Shown: piece after piece, positions 1 to 7,687 of the stretch
How positions within the stretch are numbered: position 1 is the stretch's first letter
Layout of the letters: every line of letters begins with the position of its first letter
Made by a program: the position numbers and the translations under genes
Notes under the pieces: model-generated
What the model saw: only the letters and a program-made list of their open reading frames with translations
What the model was told of the DNA's origin: nothing
Database searches by the model: none
From: an uncultured Candidatus Saccharibacteria bacterium
Lineage (GTDB): Bacteria; Patescibacteriota; Saccharimonadia; Saccharimonadales; JALRHH01
Direction of reading: 5' to 3'
DNA: 64,000 nucleotides
Assembly: GCA_964559915.1 (NCBI GenBank)
Contig: CAZLJP010000003.1
Location: 119,769-183,768 of the forward strand

Positions 1-861
1 CAACCCTCCGAGCATAATAGTGTTGCTTTCTGCCCGTACACGTCCACGAATTGCTGACTGAACAGTCTGCGGCGCTTCGTAAATTTCTTTGAGCATAAAG
101 TGGGGATAATCGCCTAGTGCAGCTTTTTCGGTATCGAAATAAAGCATTTCTGCCTCACGGTGCACCTGCACCACCTGCTTGATGTTCTTAATCTTGACTT
201 CGTCAGGGCAGATTCGAGCAATCTCGTAATCATCAAGATAGATAACTTTTTTGGTTCGGTCTAAAAGTGCGGTGGCGTCAGAAGCAACAAAGTGTTCCCC
301 GTTGCCAACACCGATTACTAGCGGGCTAGAGAGTCGTGCAACGTATATGCAATCAGGCTCTTCTATATGCATGGCGGCAATTGCATATGCACCATCAAGA
401 TCCTCGATAGTCTTTTCAAATGCCTCTTGGAAGGTAGAGAACTTTGTAAGGTTATGGTCAATAAGGTGGGGGATAACTTCAGTATCAGTCTCTGAGACAA
501 ACTCATAACCAACTGACTGCAGATGTGCGCGAAGTTCCTGGTAGTTTTCGATGATGCCGTTGTGCACGACAAAGATTGTCTGGGCCGTGTTGGTGTGCGG
601 ATGAGCATTCTTAATACTGGGCACGCCATGTGTTGCCCAGCGGGTATGACCAATGGCAACATGGGTATTATCCGTGGGAAGTGACTCTAGCTCGCCGCGT
701 AATGCATCAACTCGACCAACCTGCTTGGTGGTGACTGCTTGGTTGTCGATAATAGTAGTAACACCGGCAGAATCATAGCCTCGATATTCAAGTGATTGCA
801 GCCCATCAACTACAAAATCAACAGCTTTGGTTTTACCAATATATCCTACAATTCCGCACAT
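1..861 (-). CDS. glmS: glutamine--fructose-6-phosphate aminotransferase, N-terminal part (gene continues past left edge)
   Basis: Absent from the ORF track because it runs off the edge. Reverse-strand translation from ATG (861-859) gives MCGIVGYIGKTKAVDFVVDGLQSLEYRGYDSAGV...GHTRWATHG...VVHNGIIENY, the Cys1 Ntn-amidotransferase signature of GlmS. Frame is open to base 1. Confidence 0.9.
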   Translation of the reverse strand, partial: MCGIVGYIGKTKAVDFVVDGLQSLEYRGYDSAGVTTIIDNQAVTTKQVGRVDALRGELESLPTDNTHVAIGHTRWATHGVPSIKNAHPHTNTAQTIFVVHNGIIENYQELRAHLQSVGYEFVSETDTEVIPHLIDHNLTKFSTFQEAFEKTIEDLDGAYAIAAMHIEEPDCIYVARLSSPLVIGVGNGEHFVASDATALLDRTKKVIYLDDYEIARICPDEVKIKNIKQVVQVHREAEMLYFDTEKAALGDYPHFMLKEIYEAPQTVQSAIRGRVRAESNTIMLGGL

Positions 862-1871
862 GCGAGGGGCTCTCCTTCGTTTATATGTCGTTTAACGGTT
901 TGTACTACTTTGTACTGTGCCCAAGCCTTGCTGTGCAGCGCATCAGCCCGCGCCGTATATAGGCTAGGGTCCCAGGTAAAGTATTGCTGCCCGTCTACTA
1001 TATCACTGAGATAGCGCATGCCTAGTTCGGCTGCAATTCGTCGCGTTGATTGAAGGGCGGCATGTGTTGCCTCATCAGATGATATTGGACTGTCAGTAGC
1101 ATCAGTGTAGCTTTGAACAAAAGCATCAAAGCTTCTTGTGGTATCGGTGCCCGTGTCTATCAGCTTACCACTCAGTGATCTAAGAAAGTCGCCAACATCA
1201 GTCCAAACAGAGTCGCGGATGATGCAATCTAAATCAATCAATGTGAATGGGTTACCATCCCGGAATAACATATTATCTAGCTTTGGGTCACCATGAATAA
1301 TCTGCCTGTCTAGTGCTATATCAACGGGTTGCTGCAAATAATCATCCAGCAGCATATGTCCGAGCTCCTGCATCATATCATCGGGTAGTAAGGAAATTTC
1401 TCCACGTAGTTTATTGGCTATGTGCTCTGTGTCATGAAAATGCGGCAGGCTCTGAGGTATATAATCCAATGATTTGACGCTGGTATGCCAATCCCCCAAA
1501 AGATAGCCTACCTCTGACGCAAGTTCATGGCCGTATTCAACCTTTGTATTGCTGTCTGAATGAATGTAAGCTGCGGCGTGCCATAATCTTTGTGATTCAT
1601 CCATAACAAACAAATCGCCACCATGTGTCGGTTCAATAGTTGGGGCTTCCCAGCCGGCGTTCTGTAAATGATTGGCCACGGCATCAGTATTTCGTATGAT
1701 GTTTGCTCCGAGCAGTGGTGCTAACTTCCGCAATACAAATTTGCGTTCGTTGGTCTCGACCAACAACGTTTCATTAACTAAGCCACCACTAAGCTCTGTT
1801 AGGTGGGCTTGATTATCTATTCCATAGGAATCTTTAACAATAGGGGGTAATTGATGTGTCTCTGGTGCCAT
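846..1871 (-). CDS. phosphotransferase-family kinase (APH/choline/hexosamine-kinase fold)
   Basis: 341-aa ORF with catalytic-loop motif HGDPKLDN followed by IDLD. Its stop overlaps the glmS start by 16 nt, suggesting a sugar-related role. Substrate unknown. Confidence 0.65.
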   Translation of the reverse strand: MAPETHQLPPIVKDSYGIDNQAHLTELSGGLVNETLLVETNERKFVLRKLAPLLGANIIRNTDAVANHLQNAGWEAPTIEPTHGGDLFVMDESQRLWHAAAYIHSDSNTKVEYGHELASEVGYLLGDWHTSVKSLDYIPQSLPHFHDTEHIANKLRGEISLLPDDMMQELGHMLLDDYLQQPVDIALDRQIIHGDPKLDNMLFRDGNPFTLIDLDCIIRDSVWTDVGDFLRSLSGKLIDTGTDTTRSFDAFVQSYTDATDSPISSDEATHAALQSTRRIAAELGMRYLSDIVDGQQYFTWDPSLYTARADALHSKAWAQYKVVQTVKRHINEGEPLACAEL

Positions 1872-1881
1872 GCGGTACAGT

Positions 1882-3120
1882 CTATTTTATGACAGACAGC
1901 AGCGTATCCCGAAATCTTTTATGGAAATTGTCTATAGAGAATGCTACGGATGCATTTTTTATATCACCAGAGTTATATTTTCTAGAATCAAAGCCTTCTA
2001 GAACTTTTTTGAGTGATTCTGCGGTTTGCTCAGCAAAGAACTCACCAGTTTTACCAGGAACCACATAATCTAGAGCACCTCCGGCTTTGTATGCAATAAC
2101 GGGTGTCCCTGCGGCCATGGCTTCTACGGGCGCAATGCCAAAGTCGTCTTCACCGGTGAATATAAAGGCGCTAGCGGCAGCCATGTGTTCTGCAACAGAG
2201 TCATCGTCCAGGTTTGTTTGGAATGTGACAGACGGCCCAGCTGCTTTAACCAGTGCAACATGCTCTGGCCCATTGCCTCCAACAACTAGCGGTAGCCCAA
2301 GCTGAGTACAAGCCTCTATCGCCAGAATTTGACGTTTTTGAGCCACCTGACGTCCTACTACGAAGAAATATGGCCGTTTTGCTGCCGACACCTTAGCAAA
2401 TCTCTCTGTATCTATAGGCGGAAAAATAACTTCCGAATCACGGCCATAGTATCGTTTAATATCCGCCTGAATATGAGTAGAGTTGGCAATGACTATGTCT
2501 GCACGCTGAGCAGCCTTATAGTCCCAATTGCGGAGCGGACTCACCAGAAGCTTAAGCCCAAGTCGAGCCAGCGGGTTAAAAACGCCAAAGCCTGGTCGTT
2601 GCATATAAGTATCGTAATGACGCCAGTAATAGTGCGTAGGTGAGTGGCAGTAGTTTATGTGAAGGGGTAAGGGTTTAGGGGTAAGGGGTAAGAATCGCTT
2701 CCAGAAGGGGTGGTAGTTTTTGCGTACGGCGAAGGCTTCTCCGTTACCTGACGAACTAATGATTAAGTCATAGCCGGATAGGTCTATGTGGGTGAACCAC
2801 CAAATGCGCGGTATAACCATAAACTTACGAAGTTTGCCGAAGTGTTGTAGCCAGCCGGTAACTACTTTGCCATCTAGCTTGTCACGCCATTCCTGAGTAG
2901 CGTACGAGGTGTAGATAGGGGCATCAGGGAACATATGGTGTAGCTCTAACACTACTTTTTCAGCACCACCACCTACCAGCCAGTCATGGACTATAGCAAC
3001 CTTCAAGTGTGCCAAATCAGCCTGCTGACGAGCGGAGCTCGCGACCCGCTGATTTTCTTGGCGCACTGCTGTGTCAGCTGGCGTCTGTCGCTCATTCGCC
3101 GTATTATCTATACGGCTCAT
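1882..3120 (-). CDS. glycosyltransferase family 4 (GT-B, retaining type)
   Basis: Has KVAIVHDWLVGGGAEKV near the N-terminus and EDFGIAPVEAMAAGTPVIA (E-x7-E region) near the C-terminus. ATG 3120 has a strong SD (AGGAGGAG). An in-frame TTG at 3006 would give the canonical MKVAIVHDWL start and leave 3007-3185 non-coding (see findings). Confidence 0.85.
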   Translation of the reverse strand: MSRIDNTANERQTPADTAVRQENQRVASSARQQADLAHLKVAIVHDWLVGGGAEKVVLELHHMFPDAPIYTSYATQEWRDKLDGKVVTGWLQHFGKLRKFMVIPRIWWFTHIDLSGYDLIISSSGNGEAFAVRKNYHPFWKRFLPLTPKPLPLHINYCHSPTHYYWRHYDTYMQRPGFGVFNPLARLGLKLLVSPLRNWDYKAAQRADIVIANSTHIQADIKRYYGRDSEVIFPPIDTERFAKVSAAKRPYFFVVGRQVAQKRQILAIEACTQLGLPLVVGGNGPEHVALVKAAGPSVTFQTNLDDDSVAEHMAAASAFIFTGEDDFGIAPVEAMAAGTPVIAYKAGGALDYVVPGKTGEFFAEQTAESLKKVLEGFDSRKYNSGDIKNASVAFSIDNFHKRFRDTLLSVIK

Positions 3121-3165
3121 TTACTCCTCCTGGCTTCCTTGCACTGCATCCAAGCACACTTGAAG
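3001..3165. repeat. structured repeat element, copy 3 (family of three in this window)
   Basis: Closing helix CTTCAAGTGTGC (3001-3012) / GCACACTTGAAG (3154-3165). Inner stem ATCAGC/GCTGAT around hairpin CGAG-CGGAG-CTCG. Hairpin CCGTA-N-TACGG at 3099-3115. A 32-nt block (3018-3049) differs at one position from 4657-4688. Confidence 0.7.
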
Positions 3166-3185
3166 GAACCCATATGGCAAAGCTT

Positions 3186-4610
3186 TCATTTAGCCCCTGT
3201 GCCGCCAAGAACAGCGCGGATAGTTCGAATCAGAATAGAGAGGTCCAACGCAAAGCTCCAGTTCTGAACATAGTAGACGTCCAGTTTGCGGCGTTCATCA
3301 AAATCTATATTACGGCGTCCAGATATTTGTGCCAGCCCTGTCAGGCCGGATTTAACACTGAGGATGGCATGCCTTTTTTCGTAGCTATTGAGTTCTTTGG
3401 GTACTAATGCGCGCGGACCCACAAGGCTTAAATCGCCTTTTAGTACATTAAATAACTGGGGCAGTTCGTCTAAACTGCTAGCCCGTAGTAAACGGCCAAT
3501 CCGAGAAATACGGGGGTCATTGGCCAAGAAATCACCATTGCGTCGATATTTCTCTGATAGCTGTGGTTTGCCCATGGCCTGGAATGCTTCCTCGGGGCTT
3601 ATACCACTGTAGCGCTGCTTCATGGAGCGAAATTTATAGACAGTAAATTCGCGGTTGAATCTGGTCAGGCGAGTCTGCTTAAAAAATACGCCGCCCCGTG
3701 GGTCAAGTATCAAAATGAGCAATGAAATGAACCCCATGAGTGGCAGGGCGATTACCATACCAAGTGTAGTAACCAGTAAGTCAAACAGGCGTTTGACCAC
3801 GCGACCCCACCCAATGAGGGCTGTTTGGTGTACGGCAATGACTGGTAAGTTGGCAAATAGCTCAACGGTTATATTACCCACAAACAGGTCGCTGTTACCC
3901 GGCACAAAACGATATGAGACATGGTGTGTTTGTGCATATTGCAGAATCTCGTTGTTCTTATCGGTGTCTCGGTAGAGCTCAGTCTGAATAATACCGTGGG
4001 CTTGCTTGTCTACAGACGCTGCAATCGCCTTTTCGAACGTTTCATAGTTTCGAAAACCCGGCACTGATTTGCCGACAATGCCAACAACTCGTAGTCCGGT
4101 GTTTTTGGTATCACCCACAGCTGTGGCGATTTCTCGGCTAACAGCAGTATCACCAACAATCAAGATGTTACTAATGCCTAGCCCAAAACGGTACAAAACG
4201 CGGCGTAGCCAACGAGCCAGAGTCCTAAAGACTGCTAAAAATGCGAATCCTAGTCCAAGTGCATACAGCGGCACGAGTCTGCCGGGCAGCAAATTACTCT
4301 CGGTCAAAAAGTCGTAACTAATGACCGCCATAGTACCAATAGCAGAGCCAATAAGTAGCCGTCCCAGCTCAGAAAATCGCCTCTCGTATATCTCTGGGCG
4401 GTATAAACCAATAAAGGCATGAATCAATAGCCAAACAGGCAGCAGGCTAATAATCGCGGTCAGGAAATTTTCGCCGCCGACGGTTGCGATTTTTCCATCC
4501 TCGAGCAACCTAAAGCGGAGAATATATGCAGCTGCAAAGGCAGCAATCAGGGCCAAGAAGTCACCCACAAGTAGAAGGAGGGAGTATGCGAGCGAGGCGT
4601 TGTTCTTCAT
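3186..4610 (-). CDS. polyprenyl glycosylphosphotransferase (WbaP/bacterial sugar transferase family)
   Basis: 474 aa with N-terminal TM segments. C-terminal motifs FKFRSM, DPRISRIGRLLRASSLDELPQLFNVLKGDLSLVGPRA and YYVQNWSFALDLSIL are typical of the bacterial sugar transferase domain. Confidence 0.88.
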   Translation of the reverse strand: MKNNASLAYSLLLLVGDFLALIAAFAAAYILRFRLLEDGKIATVGGENFLTAIISLLPVWLLIHAFIGLYRPEIYERRFSELGRLLIGSAIGTMAVISYDFLTESNLLPGRLVPLYALGLGFAFLAVFRTLARWLRRVLYRFGLGISNILIVGDTAVSREIATAVGDTKNTGLRVVGIVGKSVPGFRNYETFEKAIAASVDKQAHGIIQTELYRDTDKNNEILQYAQTHHVSYRFVPGNSDLFVGNITVELFANLPVIAVHQTALIGWGRVVKRLFDLLVTTLGMVIALPLMGFISLLILILDPRGGVFFKQTRLTRFNREFTVYKFRSMKQRYSGISPEEAFQAMGKPQLSEKYRRNGDFLANDPRISRIGRLLRASSLDELPQLFNVLKGDLSLVGPRALVPKELNSYEKRHAILSVKSGLTGLAQISGRRNIDFDERRKLDVYYVQNWSFALDLSILIRTIRAVLGGTGAK

Positions 4611-4635
4611 ATTATGAGAAGTATTGTACCACTGT

Positions 4636-4808
4636 TAGCACGTATCCCACACCAGCCAGCCTGCTCACGAGCGGAGCTCGCGACCCGCCGGCTTCTTGTG
4701 CCTAGCACATTTTTCCTCTGCGATACTCCCTTCTTCGTATCAAACATACGGTTCGGTCTGTTTCTCAAGGAGAAAATGCGCTAGGCATCAAGTGTGGAAT
4801 GCGTGCTA
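4636..4808. repeat. structured repeat element, copy 1
   Basis: Closing helix TAGCACG (4636-4642) / CGTGCTA (4802-4808). Hairpin CGAG-CGGAG-CTCG. Long helix 4700-4718 / 4770-4786. Hairpin CGTAT-CAAAC-ATACG (4736-4750). Shares the unpaired block GATACTCCCTTC with copy 2. Lies in the divergent intergenic region between 4610(-) and 4839(+). Confidence 0.7.
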
Positions 4809-4838
4809 TACTTTTAGTAATCTGAACAAAACAGAAAC

Positions 4839-5288
4839 ATGACAAAAAATATTACAAAGATCACTAAGAAGCAACGCAAAGAGTTTACCAGGTTCGCCGA
4901 ATACATGGTTGGTGGTGGTGTCTGGTTCTGGAGCGGCTACGTTATTATTGTTGTTCTGGACAATCATATTGGATTGTTCTGGGCGAATGTTCTGGGTCAA
5001 ACCGTTGGCCTGACGCTCAATTTCATCATTGAACGTTATTGGGCGTTTAAGACCAAGAAACCCGCCAAACTTGGCGTGGCCACCAGACGATACATTGTGT
5101 ACACGGCGCTGAATGCGTTTGGGCTGAACTACCTCATTCTGCTGGGTCTCAAGAACGTAGGTATTGACCCGGCAATCGGCCAATTTATTGCCTCTGCCTT
5201 CTTTACTGCGTGGAATTACTACTGGTATAAAGTGTATGTATTTAAGGGCAACGAGAAGCCTAAACACGTAAAACACCACACGCCATGA
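4839..5288 (+). CDS. GtrA-family membrane protein
   Basis: 149 aa with four predicted TM helices and NFIIERYWAFK after TM2, as in GtrA-like proteins of glycan translocation. ATGA overlap with the next gene. Confidence 0.65.
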   Translation: MTKNITKITKKQRKEFTRFAEYMVGGGVWFWSGYVIIVVLDNHIGLFWANVLGQTVGLTLNFIIERYWAFKTKKPAKLGVATRRYIVYTALNAFGLNYLILLGLKNVGIDPAIGQFIASAFFTAWNYYWYKVYVFKGNEKPKHVKHHTP

Positions 5289-5731
5289 CAGAGACAACCG
5301 TACGACCAACCAAAAAACAGCGAGAATTACTGACGTATATAGAACAGTTCATTGGCGAGCACGGCTACAGCCCCAGCTACCGCGAAATCATGGCGGGTCT
5401 GCAATACAATTCCGTGGCAACCGTGGCGCTACACGTCAATAACCTCATAAAACGTGGCCATATTCGCAAACGCGACCACTCCGCTCGCTCCATAGAAGTA
5501 GTTGACTGGGTCGAAGAGCCAACACTCCGGACCAACGAGATAAAGCCTAGCGAGGAAAAATGGTTGGTAGAGAAGGTAGAGCACCTATTTGCCGAGGCAG
5601 AACAGGGTGCGTTGAGCCAGCAACAGCTTGATGAGTTGTACGTGCTGATTGGCGCGCTAAAAGTACTGGGCCTGGACGGCGCAGCCCAGTCATTTATTCC
5701 TCGGCTTAGCGGCTTAAAGGCGCATTCATGA
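5285..5731 (+). CDS. LexA N-terminal DNA-binding-domain protein lacking the S24 peptidase domain
   Basis: TKKQRELLTYIEQFIGEHGYSPSYREIMAGLQYNSVATVALHVNNLIKRGHIRK matches the LexA winged-helix domain. The C-terminal 70 aa have no Ser/Lys peptidase motifs. ATGA overlaps at both ends (5285-5288 and 5728-5731). Confidence 0.7.
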   Translation: MTETTVRPTKKQRELLTYIEQFIGEHGYSPSYREIMAGLQYNSVATVALHVNNLIKRGHIRKRDHSARSIEVVDWVEEPTLRTNEIKPSEEKWLVEKVEHLFAEAEQGALSQQQLDELYVLIGALKVLGLDGAAQSFIPRLSGLKAHS

Positions 5732-6552
5732 ATCTATTACACGCTATTTTGCTGGGTATAATCGAAGGTATCACCGAGTTCCTGCCCGTTTCCAGTACAG
5801 GACATCTGACAATTGCCGAGAAACTACTGGGCTATGACATTACCCAGCCTGCGATGACCGCATTCACTGCATTTATTCAGGTGGGCGCCACCTTGGCCAC
5901 GGTTTGGTATTTTAGAGATGATATTTGGCGTCTGACCAAGGGCTGGGTCGTGGGCTTGTTGGATGCCAACAAGCGCTCAACAGATTACCGTATGGGTTGG
6001 GCAGTTATTATTGGCTCCATACCAATTGCGCTGGTTGGGCTTGCGTTCAGACATCACATAGAAACCAGCCTGCGCAGCCTGTGGCTGGTGGCGGCTGCTT
6101 TGTTGCTATGGAGTGGTGTAATGTATGCCGCAGAGCACTATGGCCGCCAAAAGCGCTCCGAGAAGACAGCTACTTGGCGCGACACACTGATTGTGGGTGT
6201 GATGCAATGTATTGCGTTGATACCTGGCGTATCGCGGTCTGGCGCCACGATTTCTGGCTCGCTGTTTCTTGGTTTTGACCGCATAACGGCCACGCGTTTG
6301 TCGTTCTACCTCTCTATACCAGCACTCTTCGCAGCCGGCATACTAGAAGCTGTTACTAAGGCCGATGATATCGGCACTCAGATAGGCTGGTGGCCCACCA
6401 TCTGGGCCACGGTGACTTCGGGTATTGTGGCGTATATCAGCGTGGCCTGGCTGCTCAAGTTTATTGCTACCCATTCGTTCAAAAGCTTCATTATCTACCG
6501 CATAGGGCTTGGTTTATTACTGGTAGTCCTGCTCGCTCTTGGGGTTCTTTAA
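5728..6552 (+). CDS. uppP: undecaprenyl-diphosphate phosphatase
   Basis: MNLLHAILLGIIEGITEFLPVSSTGHL and PGVSRSGATISG are the two BacA/UppP signature motifs. 274-aa polytopic membrane protein. Confidence 0.92.
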   Translation: MNLLHAILLGIIEGITEFLPVSSTGHLTIAEKLLGYDITQPAMTAFTAFIQVGATLATVWYFRDDIWRLTKGWVVGLLDANKRSTDYRMGWAVIIGSIPIALVGLAFRHHIETSLRSLWLVAAALLLWSGVMYAAEHYGRQKRSEKTATWRDTLIVGVMQCIALIPGVSRSGATISGSLFLGFDRITATRLSFYLSIPALFAAGILEAVTKADDIGTQIGWWPTIWATVTSGIVAYISVAWLLKFIATHSFKSFIIYRIGLGLLLVVLLALGVL

Positions 6553-6623
6553 CACAGATTTGGTTGTTAAAGAACACCGATAGATGTGCTATCATAAGCG
6601 TAATTAAATAGAGAACTATAAAC

Positions 6624-7268
6624 ATGGCAAAACGAAGGATTTTCAACCGTATATCAATAAAGAATGTACTGTATGTGCTAGTACTACTAGGCGCTATTGG
6701 CTTCGGTGCTTACAACTTTAAGCAAAACCAGGACCTACGTAATGCTTCACCAGAGAAGCTACAGCAGGCTCAGGCAGACGACACTATTACTGCCGTTGGC
6801 AAGCTGTACGACCTGCCCAAGAACGAAAAACCCGATGTCGCCACCGTTAAAGACAAAGAAGCGCTTAAGAAGCAGTACCCATTCTTTGACCAAGCAGAGA
6901 ACAATGACGTGGTGTTGATTTACAAAGACGCTAAGCTGGCTATCCTGTACCGTCCATCAACCAACCGTCTGGTTAAAGTCGGCCCAGTGAATATCGAATC
7001 TGGTCTTTCTATCAAAACCTTAGGCTCAGACACAGAACGCAAGGCAGTCGAGGCACTCCTAACTGCCAACAAGCTGACATTTAATTCTGGTGGCGTTAGC
7101 AAGACTGCAGTGAGCGGCGTAATAGTGGTTGATTTGACTGGCAAAAATGCCGAACAAGCTAAGAGATTAGCTGAAATCGTAAAGGGTACCGTAGGACAAC
7201 TGCCAGCTGGCGAAGATAAGCCAGCGGACGGTGACCTACTGGTCATCGCCGGCCCAGCCGCTCAGTAG
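6624..7268 (+). CDS. hypothetical membrane-anchored protein
   Basis: 214-aa ORF with a single N-terminal TM segment (VLYVLVLLGAIGFGAY). No recognisable motif. Confidence 0.6.
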   Translation: MAKRRIFNRISIKNVLYVLVLLGAIGFGAYNFKQNQDLRNASPEKLQQAQADDTITAVGKLYDLPKNEKPDVATVKDKEALKKQYPFFDQAENNDVVLIYKDAKLAILYRPSTNRLVKVGPVNIESGLSIKTLGSDTERKAVEALLTANKLTFNSGGVSKTAVSGVIVVDLTGKNAEQAKRLAEIVKGTVGQLPAGEDKPADGDLLVIAGPAAQ

Positions 7269-7271
7269 CCA

Positions 7272-7531
7272 ATAGCACGCACCATCCGGTCTGCTTTCTG
7301 GCGGAGCCAGAAACTCTACCGGATTCTTGGCCTCATATCCAATTTTCTCTTCCGATACTCCCTTCACCGTACTGTTTTGTACGGCTCGGTCCGTTTCTCA
7401 GAGAGAAATTGAACCTGAGTCTCAAGTGCGAACTACTGGATAGTAGGCACCACTGGTAGCGTACGCTAGGGCTAGCGTGGATTGTGTAGCATATACTACT
7501 ACAGCTAGTGTGATGAATGCGTGGTATGCTA
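7272..7531. repeat. structured repeat element, copy 2 (with ~85-nt internal expansion)
   Basis: Stem ATCCGG (7284-7289) / CCGGAT (7319-7324) around hairpin TTCTGG-CGGAG-CCAGAA. GATACTCCCTTC at 7354-7365. Hairpin CCGTAC-TGTTTT-GTACGG (7367-7384). Helix 7340-7350 / 7400-7411. Ends TAGCACGC ... GCGTGgtatGCTA. Extra hairpins at 7430-7515 are absent from copy 1. Confidence 0.65.
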
Positions 7532-7550
7532 ATAGCACTTAACAAAAACA

Positions 7551-7650
7551 AGCTGGAAGACGGGTGTAATACCCGAACTGTGCCGCAACGGTGAAAGTCC
7601 GATACAGCGTAAACCTCTCGAGCAAGAGTGAGCATACCTTTGTATAAAGG
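7551..7650 (+). promoter_or_regulatory. riboswitch-like structured 5' leader (class unassigned)
   Basis: Compact junction: P1 GCTG (7552-7555) / CAGC (7605-7608), hairpin CGGGT-GTAAT-ACCCG, hairpin CCG-CAA-CGG, and single-stranded GGTGAAAGTCCGATA. Followed directly by an intrinsic terminator and then the ATG of the 7688 gene. Confidence 0.4.
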
Positions 7651-7687
7651 CCCTCATTTTCGTTCCAGAGAATGAGGGTATTTTTTT
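7651..7687 (+). terminator. intrinsic terminator / attenuator immediately upstream of the 7688 start codon
   Basis: CCCTCATT (7651-7658) pairs with AATGAGGG (7671-7678), followed by TATTTTTTT, then ATG at 7688. Confidence 0.7.

Noticed and set aside
251-1014. Track ORFs 251-508(+), 363-662(-) and 796-1014(+)
   Set aside because: All fall inside or antisense to the clearly identified glmS and kinase reading frames.
3001-7531. Whether the three repeat copies could be a CRISPR array or a leader
   Set aside because: The copies are 165-260 nt long, 1.5-2.5 kb apart, separated by full genes and internally structured. No short regularly spaced repeats or cas genes occur anywhere in the window.
7590-7610. 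GGTGAAAGTCCG resembles the RNase P RNA CR-I motif (GAGGAAAGTCCGG)
   Set aside because: Only ~90 nt remain before a well-supported CDS, and none of the other RNase P conserved regions (for example ACAGAA...GGCTTA) is present on either strand.
7551-7650. Calling the leader a cobalamin (or FMN) riboswitch outright
   Set aside because: Only part of the junction consensus is matched from memory. A B12-box-like CCACTGG occurs upstream (about 7449-7456), in the wrong order, and no cobalamin- or flavin-related gene is nearby. I kept it as an unclassified riboswitch-like leader.
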